Below, in pieces: positions 13,376 to 26,810 of a DNA stretch of 64,000 nt (positions are counted from its first letter, which is position 1; each line of letters opens with the position of its first letter). The notes under the pieces are model-generated. The model searched no databases. It was not told the origin of the DNA and saw nothing but the letters and a program-made list of their open reading frames with translations. The DNA is taken from contig JBNZDD010013686.1 of assembly GCA_050575255.1 (NCBI GenBank), positions 2,851,286-2,915,285 on the forward strand, written 5' to 3'. Position numbers and translations under genes: made by a program. The DNA comes from Harriotta raleighana (Eukaryota).

Positions 13376-14466
13376 CTCAATTTCCTTATCTTAAAGTCCA
13401 CCTATTGAACTTAAATCAGCAATGTCCTTGGCTCATTACTGTTGATAAATTTCTCTTTGAAAGCTATCTATGTATGTGCAGCAGGAAACAGAATTCAGCT
13501 ACAATGGATGGAGAATTTAAGTCCTTCAGAATGGAAAATCCATCTTTTTTTCAAACCCCCATCCAGTGGTTCAGTCCACTGAAAGAAGTCTATCAATGAG
13601 TCTGAATAAGAGGCAGATGGGGAACTTGGGGCATCATATACTAATTAGAAACCAATGACTCCATTGGTTTTAGTTCATCATATGTTAATATTTGGAGGGT
13701 GAAAATCATTTTAATCTCACAAACAACTTCTGAAAGAAAAATGATTACAGTTGTTTCCACTTTAAGAAGAACACTCAGAAGACTAGCCCTATAGTTAATT
13801 GTTCTGTCTGTTATACTTTACAATATTTATTATTTTAAAAATACCAGCAATTATTTCCGCTTGACTCGTCATTTCTTTTTAACCTCCTGCCCAGAAGGTT
13901 ATTGCAATTGTCTAAGTGCATTCTTTGTCACTGTATGCTTTTCAGGCATTTCCCCAAGAAATTGCATTGCAAAATAATATTTCTCCATGTTTCCACAGTT
14001 GAACTGATTCCACTTGAGTGCAAGGAATGTATTTATCCCAAAGATACTGTAATTATAGATCACTAGGGGAAGAAATTACACCTAGGTCTAGATTCAATCT
14101 GTTTTTGTAGCATTTTAGAACATCCAGGATTTGGCATACTCTTCACAATTAAAGCCAGATTCTCAGCAATAACGGGATCATTTATATTTATTTACCAATG
14201 CATATAATTTGAAACTAGCAACAGAATGATGAGATATAGACTGGAGTAGATTAGATCTTTTGGATGTTATGTTCTGGTATTAATAAAGGATATTAATTGG
14301 TGATATTTCTCTTGCATTGGTATCATTATTCTTGGGATGCCTTAGAACACCCTCAGAACATGAAAGGCGCTGTACAAATATTGTACACTTAGTTAGCAGT
14401 GCTCCAGCATTGGTATCTATGTCTAGCTTTTTGCAGAAATCCAGAGGTCTCATGAATGCAGCTTAC

Positions 14467-14486
14467 CTCACCTCAGTGTCCCCTGC
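14467..14486 (-). pseudogene. 20-nt micro-exon, phase 0-2
   Basis: gttttcctttcaaag|GCAGGGGACACTGAGGTGAG|gtaagc (AGDTEVR); reconciles the phases of the flanking exons. Confidence 0.45.
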
Positions 14487-14644
14487 CTTTGAAAGGAAAA
14501 CAAATCAAGTTTCTCAATGCCGTCTCTACTGAATCCTGGTGGAAGGTGTATTGAACCAGGACACATGATTCAAAACGGACACATGGTATTATTCAATTCG
14601 TCCTTGGATGGGAAGCAGCTCATAATCAAAATGCACAATGACAT

Positions 14645-15620
14645 TCAACAACAACACAACAACAACTAAATTACACTTGTATTACACATTTCATGTCAGA
14701 AGGTCATCCAAGGTGCTGGACAGTCAATGTTTCAGACCTGAGTTTGGGTCCGGGATGGGGAGGATGGAGGGAAGGGGGGTGACCAAAGGGATCATCGAAG
14801 AGGAGGATCCTGAGGCACTACTTGAAGGAAGCTAGAGAGGGGGCAAGGCGGAGGGACTGTGGGATGTAATTCCAGAAATTAGGGGCAGAATGGCTGAAGG
14901 CTCAATGTTGGGACGGGTGGGTCGGGGGACATAGACTCTGCCAGAGGCTGCTGAACAGAGGGGCTGGGCAGGTTGGTAGGTAGTTTGGAGGTCACAGAGT
15001 TAGGCAAGGCCATGGAGGGCTTGGAATGTGAGGCCTGGGATCTTGAATTGAATCGTCTGTATGATGGGAAGCCAATGGAGTCAGGTGAGAATGGGGAGAT
15101 GAGGTCACAGAGCTTGGAACAGTAGAGGAACATGGGCCGCAGAGTTCTGGATTATCTGCAGCCCATGGAGGGAGAAATTGGGAAGGCCAACAAGCAGGGC
15201 ATTTGAGTAGTTGAGCCTGGATGTGATGATGGCATAAATGAAGGTTTCAGCGGCCTGGGGGGTCAGGGAGTGGCAGATTTGAACAATATTGCAGAAGTGA
15301 GGGAAGGCAGAGCGGATCATGGCTTGGATGTGGAGGAGGAAAGACAGTTGAAGATCGATCAAGAACCCTAGGTTCCTGCCTGGCTTGGTGAGGTTGAGGG
15401 TGCGACCATGGAAGTTGATGTGGACAATGCCTGATATGTGAAAGCGCTGGGGCGAGCCATTCTGGAGGGCCTCGATCTTGTTGACATTCAACGATAGAAA
15501 GTTTGCTCTCATCCAGGTCTTGATGTCTGACAAGCAGTCTATCTGGACAGCAGGGTCGTGGAATCGAGGGGAGAGGCAGGAAAATAGAGTTGGATGTCAT
15601 CTGCATGCATATGGATGTTG
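14645..15620 (-). mobile_element. L2 RT 3' fragment
   Basis: (Y)ADDIQL-like motif at ~15600, SDIKTWMRANFLSLN, ITSRLNYSNALL. Confidence 0.88.
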
Positions 15621-16713
15621 ACTGTTTTACTGTCAGGTGGCACAGACTAGGGAGAAGTAGTGTAATGATGTTGAAAGAATTTCAGGATTAACATCACATG
15701 AGATATTTGACAATACATTCAACACAATCAACCCAATCGTGTTCTTCACAAATAAGAAAATCAATATTTCAAATTCACTGAATTAAGTGCTGGGGGCACA
15801 TTTTGCTGTTATGTTGTTCACGTTATGCAGTGAATAATATAAATAGCTGCTACTAGTGATGATTAACCATGTGCATTCAAGGATTACATAGAATTCTAAC
15901 AGTAACAATTGTTGGTGAAGGATTAGAACAAAATCAGGAATTATCAGTTTTGGTTTACTGAAAAAAACACTTTGCTCTATTCAATTTGTTTGTAAAAGAA
16001 GCTACAGTCATGTGCAATTTTCTGTCAATTAACTGTTGATTAACATTTGATTTGTATGATTTTCTGCCTTAGCTTTAGGTTTTACAAGAAATTATACTTG
16101 ATTGTAAACAGAAATAAATAGATTTTGAAACAACAAATTTGGTTTCATTGCAAAATGACTAAATCCTTATTCTTTTTTAAAATGTTATTTGTACAGCTTC
16201 AAAACAGCCTCAGCTCAAAAGTATAACAATATTGTCTGTGATTCTTTTAATGCCAGCTTGTGTTTGTTTCAGTTTTTACCTTTTCTTATGATGGGGATGG
16301 ATAGATGCACCAAAATGTCATACTCAAAGCTTCAGAAGCAATTTCTGTAAATGTCTGCTTCAATAAAATTAAAAGTCACGTGGTGAAATCAACCACTGTA
16401 ACCGATAAATTGAAAACACAAAGATACAACTCTCTTCGACTAAGTCATCTGTACTGAAAAAGAGATCATCTGATGCATTATCATTGTAAGTACAGAAAAA
16501 CACACAAGCCCTCAGGAAAATCCATTTAAGGTTCCATGCTTTCCAGAGACCGGAAGGTAAGAATACATCTTTACATGAACAGTGTCATTTTACATCTGAT
16601 ATAAAGCAACCCAAAATCACTTGCAAAAATGCCAAACTTAGCTATGATTTGTGTTAGGCTGAATTCTATAGGTGTAAATGAAAATAAAGGTCAGGATCTG
16701 CAATGTTAGTCAC

Positions 16714-16913
16714 TTGTTCAAATCATGAAGAGTTTCAGCCTGCTCCTTCAGATATTAACAGATTGGCTTCATTACACAATGACCTTATACTTCACTGAAG
16801 TGCCCAGAGTAGTACTAATGGACTTCATGTCACTGCAGAGATGAGAACAACCTGAGGCTGTGCATGAACTAGGACTCTGATGGACTCAGCAAGGGGGTCC
16901 TGGCTTTGAAACA
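16714..16913 (-). pseudogene. Pseudo-exon, phase 1-0
   Basis: cttttgctttgctttcgcag| FQSQDPLAESIRVLVHAQPQVVLISAVT*SPLVLLWALQ*SIRSLCNEANLLISEGAG*NSS*FEQ |gtgact. Confidence 0.6.
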
Positions 16914-17520
16914 CTGCGAAAGCAAAGCAAAAGACAGCTCAGAGTTCATGCATCATAAATTATCTTTGTTTGTTTGTTTCTCCCTCAACATCAAACAAAA
17001 ATTGCTGTGTCCTAATGTTGCTCCTCAGGTGAGATCAATCAATTTTGCATTAGACAATGAGCTTAAATATACAGTCAATTCACTTTACATTCTGTGAGCC
17101 ACTTTGAGGTGTGATAAGGCACTTTATCAAACGCAAGGATTATATATTTTCATTATAAATTGTGAGTTGAGTTAACTATAAGCAAATGTTTCTGTAGGGA
17201 GCAGATTACAGTTGTTATTAACTATGTCATTTAACAACGAATGAAAAGTTTTTTTTGTAATCCTTTATATACAAAAAAAATCACTTCTGCTCAAAGGGTG
17301 ACTGGCATCAGTGGAACCATATTCCAGGAAGAAGGGAGAAAAGGAAATCAACACATTCGAGAAGGAAGAAAAGTACCAGAAAGGAAAACTATTTATGAAC
17401 TATTAAAAGGTTTACATTACTTTTAAACAGGTGAAAACAGATAACAGAACAAGAGAGATAATAGACTATAATCAAAATGTTTTATCCAGACTATCCTTTT
17501 CAAATGTCCTAGCCTCAAAC

Positions 17521-17748
17521 CGAGGAGATATGCAGATCCCTGTGGATCACATCTATTACATATAACAAATTTTACTCTTGCAACTAGTTTGGTGAAACAC
17601 CTGTAGGCTTCCTCTATCTGATGGGATGGGTACCATATTTGCACTCACTGGCTGGCAATTTGATGAAGCCTGAAAGCAAGTGTCATTAATGATTATCACC
17701 TGAGTAACAATTCCTTCAATAGAAGGTGGCCAGCCAACAGAAGGCAAA
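17521..17748 (-). pseudogene. Pseudo-exon, 228 bp, phase 1-1
   Basis: ctctacgtag| CLLLAGHLLLKELLLR**SLMTLAFRLHQIASQ*VQIWYPSHQIEEAYRCFTKLVARVKFVICNRCDPQGSAYLL |gtttga. Confidence 0.65.
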
Positions 17749-17876
17749 CTACGTAGAGGGTAAAATTAAGAAAGCTTTTTCAACCTTTCACACACCCTCA
17801 TAAATAAATAAAATTATTTATGTACATCTCCATACTCTATTTGTCTATCTTAGAACTGAATAAATTTGAGTTGATG

Positions 17877-18160
17877 GAGTTCTGTAGCTCAGTGGATAGA
17901 GAATTTGCCTTTCAAGCGAGAGACCTTGGTTCAATTCCAGGCCGAGTGAATCCTTGGGCAAGTTTCCTTACTCCACCTGCCTACTAATAATCTCTCTCAA
18001 AAAAAAAAAATTTCAATCCACGATTATTTGTGGGACACTGCTGTGCGCAATTGACTGCCGTGTTTCACCCACAATATATACTTAACAGTATATTGTGTGA
18101 AGTGCTTTGAGACATCTAGAAGATGTAACAAGCACTAAATCAAATGCATGGAATATTGTA
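17877..18160 (+). mobile_element. Same SINE family, near full length
   Basis: tagctcagtgg...ggttcaattcc A/B boxes, core and tail. Confidence 0.85.
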
Positions 18161-18830
18161 ACCTCATCTGATGTTGTGGTGCATGACGTTTTCATTTACA
18201 GTTATACTATGATTAGGATGGAGGCAAAGGACACAATTCTTCTGCAATAATGCAACTATTTTGTTTCAACTCAATATTTCATCAAAGTCAACTGCTCAAT
18301 TATCTTTTTTAACTGTAAATTCATATTGGATCTTATGAAGTTTTATTGTATAATTTCATATCATATGAGTAAATAAAATCTTTTTGCCATCCCTATTGTA
18401 TAGGTGTAATTTGTTTAACTCTCAGGTCCACATATGAAATAGTTTATTGTACTAAAGAGCGCAACTAATCTGCACCACAGGAATAAGGAGTTCTGTTGCC
18501 AACCTTTAACCAATGCAGGATATGAGGTTGTACTGCCTACTGTGAATTTATTGCGTATTCAGTGCTTCAATCCTACACAGCTACAAGTTGTAAAAATTGC
18601 ATGTAGCAATTACTTAAGAAAATTAGATGAGGACTGTATCCAATCACAGTAAAAGAACAAGCTATTCTAAAGTCAGGACATTTAATGTTTATTGCTGAAG
18701 CTATCAATGGTGGATGGAATTGGTTATGTGAGCATAATGAACAGTAATGTTTGCCATTTCATCTTTTATTCTTAGTAACTCTTCAAGTCTGAGAAATTGT
18801 TGAATAGAATGGTAAATTACTTGCACTCAC

Positions 18831-18941
18831 CCTCCTTTTCTATTTACATTTGCTGTCTTTGAAATCTTGTCGCTGCCTGTCTTTGCGGCCCTTTGTTGAG
18901 CTGATTTAAAGGAATGGTAGCATCTTTCATCCTCTCAATCA
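18831..18941 (-). pseudogene. Pseudo-exon, 111 bp, phase 1-1 (acceptor appears mutated CAG>CAA)
   Basis: IERMKDATIPLNQLNKGPQRQAATRFQRQQM*IEKE |gtgagt. Confidence 0.5.
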
Positions 18942-19794
18942 TTGCAGATGAGAAAGAATCAGCTGGTTTATGGTTATTTACAAAGTTCCAAAATGTTGTG
19001 CAGAATACCAACAAGCCCTGATAAATGAGAATTGGTAGCCCTGCTTTAAAACATAAATGCTCAGTCGATACTGTCCATTAAATCACAATTTTGCTCCTGT
19101 CTTTCTTTCAGGAACTAAAATGGTACAACAGAAGGAGAGCAAATTGCTGTTCTAATGCTATTTTGGGAACATTGGGTGATGTCCCCCACAGTCAAATAGC
19201 TTGTGCCATTCACTGTTTGGGCTTATAAAGAGAGAATAGCTACTTCGATGAGGTGCAGGAGAGCACCCGTGAAACATAACCCACCATTAGTTAGGAGAGG
19301 ATGGGAGACACTGGAACAAATTTTGAAAGAGAGCACAGCACAAAGGCTTGATTCACATCAAAGCAGATCACTGTACAGTATATGGCATTATTGCCATGAA
19401 AAAAACGTACTGTGGGTTCTAATCCTTCCCAAATACAGCAAACCTTTTGGAACAAATCTTCGTTTAGATCTTCCTCCTTTAATAATATTCTCACGAGATT
19501 ATTTGCAATAGAATGAAAGGTCCATGTTCATGTATATTTAGGAGGATCGTTTCTGGTGACACATATTTTAGACCCACTCAAATAATATACAACTGTTTTA
19601 AGACTGACATTTCAAAATATGTCCTGCTTTTGAGATCAAAACCAACGATCATCATCTTTGTAACATTTGGCAAACCTGTGGACAATCAGGTAGCTGGGCT
19701 TCCTGCAGGTAAACAAACCAAATTCTTTGCTTATCTTAGTCACAGATGGAAAGGCACAGAAACCACATTACTCACCCATGTATCAAAGGGTGAT

Positions 19795-20036
19795 ACATTG
19801 GGCAAGTTTCCTTACTCCACATGCCTAATAATAATCCCTAAAAAAATAATAATAAATTGTTTCAGTCCACGACTGTTTCTGGGACACTGTAGTGTGCAAT
19901 TGGCTGCTGCGTTTCGCCCACATAAACAGTATACATTCAATTCTCTTTACAGTATATTCTGTGAAGTGCTTTGAAATGTCTAGAAGATGTGAAAAACGCT
20001 ATATCAAATGCAAGGATTATTATTACTATTATTATT
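19795..20036 (+). mobile_element. Same SINE family, 5'-truncated
   Basis: Core and (ATT)n tail. Confidence 0.85.
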
Positions 20037-20208
20037 TATGTACTTTATTTCTGAAAATAAACATTTATATTATCTCAATATATTAAAGGACACTGAATTT
20101 TCAAAAATTTCCAAAAAGGAAAATTGCATGCATCACTGTTCCCATGTTTCCAGTTCCAAGCGATACATTGGGATGGTTATCACAGGATGCTTTTAAATAC
20201 TGTAACTG

Positions 20209-20637
20209 CTTATGAGAAAAGGCTAGAGAAGCTACATTTATTCTCATTGGAACAGAGACGGTTGCGAGGAGACCTAATAGAGGTTTTGAAGATCATGAGG
20301 GGATTCGACAGAGTAGATACGGAAAAACTGTTTCCACTGGTGGCCGTATCAGTGACACAGATTTAAAATAGTTTCAAAAAGAAGCACAGGGGGAGGTGAG
20401 GAGAAATTTTTTCACTCAGTGTGTTGTTCGAACCTGGAATGTATTGCCTGAAAAGATGGTGGAGGCCGATTCAATAACAACTTTTAAAAGAGAGGTAGCC
20501 ATTTATTTGGGGTGAAAGGGTTTGCGAGGTTATGGGGAGAGAGCTGGGGAGTGGGATTAAATTGCTCTTTTTAAAGAGCCGACACAGACTCGATTGGCCA
20601 AATGGCTTCCTTTTGTGCCATACGATTCTTTGATTCT
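20209..20637 (+). mobile_element. CR1-clade LINE 3' end
   Basis: YEKRLEKLHLFSLEQRRLRGDLIEVLKIMRGFDRVD; CR1-type 3' UTR with GATTCT repeats. Confidence 0.9.
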
Positions 20638-21382
20638 AACCACGCACTCAGGTAAAATGCTGCTCATTTCAATACAATAATGTATTCAAATGAGAAAGAA
20701 TAGTTAAGTGAACTGATCTGTCTGTAGCCAGGATAATCTGGTTACATTTAAAACTCTCATTTGGAGCAGGACACAAATGACAACCCTACTGTTTAGTGGC
20801 TTGAGAGGTCCTCCTGACATGAATGTAAACTGTGTTGCATATTTATATAAGTAGGGTGGCACACCAAAGCAAAAAAAACAGTAATTTGGAATTTCTCCTA
20901 ATTCCTCCTAATACCAACAACGATAAAATAACACTTGTATAACTCCTTTCACATCAGGAGGACGTCCCAAGGCGCTGAATATCTATTGTAGGTGACATTA
21001 TACTGGAAATGCACTATATATCGAACAGTATTGCAAAGAGAAAGAAAACAATTTGAATTAGAATGATTGAGTTGGAGAAGCCCCTTTATTGAATAGGGAG
21101 GACATGTAGAACTAAATTAAAAAACTTTGCCACATGTTCAACGGCACTAATTTTCCTGATCACATCCAAACCTTCTGCTTCAAATTCCTTTAAGATGTCA
21201 ACAAAAGTTCACTTGGCCATAGATCAAATGATAAATGCAGCTAGTAGGTGCCTTATTTACCTTTCAGCATTTCTTTGGGACATTATCTAAATATGTTACA
21301 CCAAAGGCAACATTAAGAAATTCTGGAAAGCTTGTAGGTGAAATATTTTCTCAACATTAATTTGGATCAGATTTATACTCTG

Positions 21383-21787
21383 CATCACGGCCTTGCTCCC
21401 TCCTACCTCTCTGACCTCCTATCCCCCTATCTACCTGCCCGTACCCTCCGTTCCTCTGGCTCTGGTCTGCTCCACATCCCCTGCCCCAACCGTCCTACCA
21501 TCGGCGGCCGGGCTTTCAGCCGCTCAGCCCCCAGGCTCTGGAACTCCATCCCCCTGTGCCTTCGCCTCGCTTCCTCCCTTTCCTCTTTCAAGGCCGGTCT
21601 CAAGACCTTTCTCTTCGACCGTGCCTTCAACGCCCCTCTCGAGTCTCTACCCCCTCCTTGCTCCCACCCTTCCCACCCCTCGCCCTGAACATTTTCCCTT
21701 GCTCGGGTCCTGAACCAATCTGTCCAGCGCCTTGGGACGTCCTCCTGACGTGAAACGCGCTCTATAAGTGTAATTTTGTTGTTGTTG
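21383..21787 (+). mobile_element. L2 3' fragment
   Basis: HGLAPSYLSDLL...GGRAFSRSAPRLWNSIP...FKAGLKTFLF; (TTG)n tail. Confidence 0.9.
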
Positions 21788-22356
21788 CATCTATGCCTTA
21801 TTTCCCCCTCACTTTCTTTTTGATTTTCTCTGAAATCACTGTCTATCCATTCTTTTTCTCTTTCTCAGACTCACTTTATCGCTCTGCTGTCAAACTAATA
21901 GGTTCTGGATGCTAATATTATTAAACATGATTATATGATACTTGGATCAACAATAGTTTGGCCTTAAAATAAATATAAAAGGAACATAAATAATACGCCC
22001 TTTTCAAACTGCCGCAGTGAAAACCTTCCTAGACAACTAAAACTTGCTTTCCACACATTACTTTCTGACATAAACATCCAGGATAAATATAATAAATCTT
22101 CACTGTCACCTTCATATTTTCAGTCTTCCAAATGAATCACAAAATAAATTCAAACAGTATTCATGTTTTGTAAAAGGTCAATGCCATGGTTACGTGTGAT
22201 AGAAAACAGATACAAGATACAGGCTTGGTAATTACTAAAAAAAACATTGCTAAGCAAACTAGTATAACAAAGCTGATTTATGGATACATTACCATGTCCC
22301 AACCTGCATGCCTTGCCTAGAATCTGTTATTATAGATTCTATATATTGAATTTAAC

Positions 22357-22893
22357 CATAAAGATCTTTGCTGGGATCGCCAAATAATTTAAGGAGTGCT
22401 CCAGTGCCTGAGTATAATGCTGAGTGACATTCATGGAAGGCTATTCTTTTCTTTGTGACATTATCATTGCTGATTTGGAATAAATAGTTTGCCATGGGTA
22501 ACAGGAAGATTTCAAATAAATATTGTCGCGGATTATAATATGAATGCAATATTCATATAAGTACAGGTGCCTAAATTTATAATCTGCCACAGCATTCCCA
22601 TTGAAATATAATGGCAAATACTTAATTGATTGGATCTATAAGGCAACTATTATACCCATCCACACTTTGTAGGATATGTTCAAGGTTCATTTAGTATGTT
22701 GGCATTGTGCATTTCCTTGGTTCTTTGAATACTGCTCAACTTTACTACCCGCAACAGACAGTCATTGTAGCAACCAGGAGAGTTGCACAAATGGACGAAA
22801 TTTAATTTCAACATCAAATCCATTTTCCAAACAGTGAGTTGACAGCATGTCTGGTCAGACAGATCCAGTCGCCTAATCTGGCCAGCAGTGAAC
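22357..22893 (-). pseudogene. Pseudo-exon with frameshifts, phase 2-1
   Basis: aag| (R)FTAGQIRRLDLS / DMLSTHCLENGFDVEIKFRPFVQLSWLLQ*LSVAG ... / HSYYNPRQYLFEIFLLPMANYLFQ...ALYSGTGALLKLFGDPSKDLY |gttaaa. Confidence 0.65.
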
Positions 22894-24096
22894 CTTTAGG
22901 ACAAATTATGAAAAAATGACAAACAAGCAATGGCACCTAATCAATAAATGACAGAGTATGAAACTCCAAACCATCCTGATGCAACAGCACCCTGCAATGA
23001 CTCCAAGGCCAGAATTCTTCTGCGTTGACTTAGAATGGGTGGGTAGGGGAAGAATTCCAGCTTTGCACTCTTTAGGATGAAAGGATGAAATAGGGAATAT
23101 ATAAGATTACCATTTATTCTGAATATTAGATTTATTTAATCAAATTAACATTATATAACAATGTAAAGAGTTTACAATTTTCAAGTTATGAAAATGTGAA
23201 AGTACTGAATGAACATAATGAACTATGGGGCAGACAAAACAATGTAGAAAACAACATTACAACTGATCTAAACTGTAAGAATATCATGGAGGCCTCCAAT
23301 AATGAAACAAATGGGCAATTTCACATTCCATCTGAAATTGTATTTCGAATCTGTGAATTTTCCCACTTGTATTAACTATCTTACGGTTTGAAAATTGTGA
23401 CTCCCAACTTGTGATCTGGTGTCTGTGTACAGTATTCCTAAATTCTCAGATCAGCTAGCAATCTGCAACCAATAACTCAAAGTAATCCTAAACAGTAAGG
23501 ACTCCTTAATGAAAAGCTACCACACAGTAATCAATATTCTTGCTCTACTTGCCAAGGATATTCATCTGTCACCATCTATAAATCGAAAATGTTTTATCAT
23601 GTGACAAATCATGTCCATTGTTTAATATTTGTCCTGTATTTGGTTTGAGCACAAATATTTCAATTGGTCAAAGAAGACATACTGAGGTAGATTCCTTCTT
23701 GTTTGATAGACTAGAATCTGATTGCACGAGTTATGTACTTTGTACATGGGCTTACAATCAACATGTTAACAAAACACTGCTACAACACAAAGAAGAATCA
23801 TATTCTCTCTTTAGAGACTAAAGTAAAGGATCTGATCGGGATATATAATCGGCTATCGATTTCTTTTCAATGCTTCAAAAGCCTTCAGCATGATTCTTAT
23901 ATTTCTCAGATTGATCATCCTTTATTTATTGGCTATTCTGGATCATATTTTACCAAACATATTCCAAAATATTTTGCAACACTCATTCTCTAATTGTCAC
24001 ACCAAACTATCTGACAATTAAGTCGACAACAGCTGTCAGCTAAAATGGATAAGTGCTTTGTGGAATATTCTTTTGCCTTCAACTCTTTACTGTTAC

Positions 24097-24978
24097 CCTC
24101 ATCTATATTAAACTGTTGTTTTTGGGGGAATGTATTTTGGGTAAATATCTTGTGAAAGTGCTGCATTAAATGTATGTTCTACTCTGTGTATTTATGATCA
24201 AGATACATTCATTTTCTCAAAAAATGGTACTGGAAAACCACCCAAAAATGTTTGTTAATAAGGTAATATTGTGATATTAGGAACAAAACTGTGTTTCAGA
24301 ATCTCCTTCTACTTAAATAAAATATTCAGATATGTTTTATCTTATAGCTGTTTAGCAACTAGGAATGGGTGTCACGCAAAGGAAAAATGGTCTTGGCGAT
24401 TCTTTGATTTGCTATTGAAGAGCAGATTTCACACTGTTTGGTTGGGTCACACAATACAGCATTCGGCTTAACTTTTATTTAATGTTTGTCTACTCATTTC
24501 TGGGTTATTTTTTGTGTCATGCTGCCTCTGCTTCTCACCTTTACCACCATAACTATCCACCCAAGGCAGCAGAAAAGAACATGCTGACTCCCCTTGACAG
24601 ATCTGACAGCAGTGTGTTCTCTGGATTAGTTAACAAGTGCTTATCTTTCAGACGATTGACCAAAGGTGTTACCTCATATCCCTAGAAGTGTGAAATAAAT
24701 AAATAGTATGCCACTACATTAGATAGTCCATTTAATACTGGAATAAGCACAAATTGTCCCTCTCTAATATACGATCTACTCCGATACATCAGAGTGTGGA
24801 GTTCTATTTTCTGGCACTTTTGAATTTCAATATGTCGGTATGTCCAGGACCATTTTTTGAGAAAATGAATGTATCTTGATCATAAATACAGAGTAGAACA
24901 TAGATTTAATGCAGCTCTTTCACAAGATATTTACCCCAAATACATTCCCCCAAAAACAACAGTTTAATATAGATGAGG
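24097..24978. repeat. Long inverted repeat: arms 24097-24234 and 24843-24978
   Basis: Arms are reverse complements with only a few mismatches and one 2-bp indel. Confidence 0.9.
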
Positions 24979-25385
24979 ATTCCATTTCCTGGTTCATTTC
25001 CAGCCTCTACCCCTGGACTTGCTCCTTTTTTTTGTAAAGATGGTTAATTAGAATACTCTGTATCTTATATTGGAAACAAGAGTATAATGGGACTCCAGCT
25101 TAACCTTATAAATATATTTATGTCACACCTCCCTATAAACCCCCACCCCAACCCCCAAACATCAAACACCATAACAAATGTTTCAAAGCCCAAAATGAAT
25201 AAAATAAACATGTAAAAGTAAATGACCTCTTAAATATATGATTGATGCATGTTCTACACTTCAGAGTCTAGACCTATTTAAGTTAATTATTTTATGGACT
25301 GGTCATAATGAATTGCTTGGGCTTTGGCCCATCTTTGTGGCTTTAGCAAAGTCCATTACTGTATTTGTAAAACTATATCAATGAC

Positions 25386-25570
25386 CTATAGGTGGCATGA
25401 TCAAACAGGTGAAGAATAACAGCAGCTTAGTATTCATAATCCAACACAAAATTTGGCATATCAATGAGGGAGGACTGTTTCCGCTGGAACATGACCATTT
25501 ACCCAAGGTGGATCTTAATGCTGCCTTCAGAGGCAATAGCTCCCAACACAGCAGGACAGACAATCTCTAC
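25386..25570 (-). pseudogene. Pseudo-exon, 185 bp, phase 0-2
   Basis: tag| VEIVCPAVLGAIASEGSIKIHLG*MVMFQRKQSSLIDMPNFVLDYEY*AAVILHLFDHATY(R) |gtcatt. Confidence 0.7.
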
Positions 25571-25628
25571 CTAATGTGTTAGCACCATATTTCACTGGCT
25601 TCAGATGGAGCGAGTTGTTATTTGTTAC

Positions 25629-25859
25629 CTTCAATCAACCAATATGGTTTCGGAATTGTTTCCTTGTGACAATCTTCTCCACCCAGCAGTAAGGTCGTAG
25701 CAGGAAAAACAAAAGTCCTGACTCATGCTATCCTGAGCATGTATAAGCTCAATGTTTGTTACTCCTGGCGAGATTGGTTTGGGTGAAGAAGTCTCTTTGA
25801 CACAACTGATCTCATCCTTCCAAAATACCACCCAGCCATCTCCTCAGTACAGCGTCAAA
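25629..25859 (-). pseudogene. Pseudo-exon, 231 bp, phase 0-0
   Basis: cag| FDAVLRRWLGGILEG*DQLCQRDFFTQTNLARSNKH*AYTCSG*HESGLLFFLLRPYCWVEKIVTRKQFRNHIG*LK |gtaac. Confidence 0.65.
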
Positions 25860-26616
25860 CTGCTTTTTCAATGCAAGTTGTTGTAGTGGTTGTTAATTAC
25901 CATTCTGCACTGTAGCCTAGATGCCCTTTACTTTAAGTAAAGCTGTATTTACAGTGAATTTGAAAGATGATCTACTGGAGTAACTAGCTGTAACACAATT
26001 TCCAAGTATCCATTTACACTGATAATATCTCCACACCTTACACAAAAATTGAACAAGTTTGAAATATGTTATTCGAAACAGGAATATACTATTACAGTAC
26101 AATGGAAACTTTTTTCAGATCTTTGCTGATAAGATTTCACTTCCTGTCTGTGTCATCAGTTAAGCCACTTCTGCTTATAAAACACCAGAGTATTAACTTT
26201 AAAACATCATGAGTCCAAAGCAAAATAAAGGGCTCTCCCAAAGCTTACTAAAATCACCACCTAGTGTGCAAGAGCATCACACAAACAAGCTAATGGTGTC
26301 CCAGTCTACATTGACTGAACTGATCACAGCCTAGTCTGGGCTTTACAAGTAACTTAACTCTGCTGTGTTTGTACTTCATGTTAGGTGGTAAATTGTTGTG
26401 CTTTTGGTAATGATTCATTTGGTTCATGAAATGCACAATAGGTTGTGATGGATTATTAGAAATCAGATACTCTTATATCCTCTGTAAATTATAAAAATAG
26501 ATTAACAGCTATCTTTGTCAATTTAGCTCCAACAATAGATGATGGAATTCAACAACTTGCAGTTGAATCTCAAGTGCTGCTATATGTGTGCACGGAAACA
26601 TTTTGTGTAACCTTCC

Positions 26617-26810
26617 TTAATAATAATAATCCTTGCATTTGGTATAGCGCTTTTCACAACTTCTAGACGTCTCAAAGCAATTCACAGAATATGCTGTAAA
26701 TTGAATTGACTGTATATTTGTGGATGAAACACAGCAGCCAATTGCACACAGTTGTGTCCCAGTCATGGATTGAAGTGACCAATTTATTATTGTATTTTTC
26801 GAGGGATTGT
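26617..26810 (-). mobile_element. Same SINE family, 3' half
   Basis: aataataatccttgcatttggtatagcgc... Confidence 0.85.

Noticed and set aside
17877-17950. tRNA gene
   Set aside because: The A/B boxes belong to SINE heads followed by SINE body; no full cloverleaf.
25760-25850. SH2-like motif (GWYFGRM...KRLL) and kinase-like words in alternative frames
   Set aside because: Not in the frame fixed by the flanking splice phases, and the core SH2 FLVRES motif and kinase motifs are absent.
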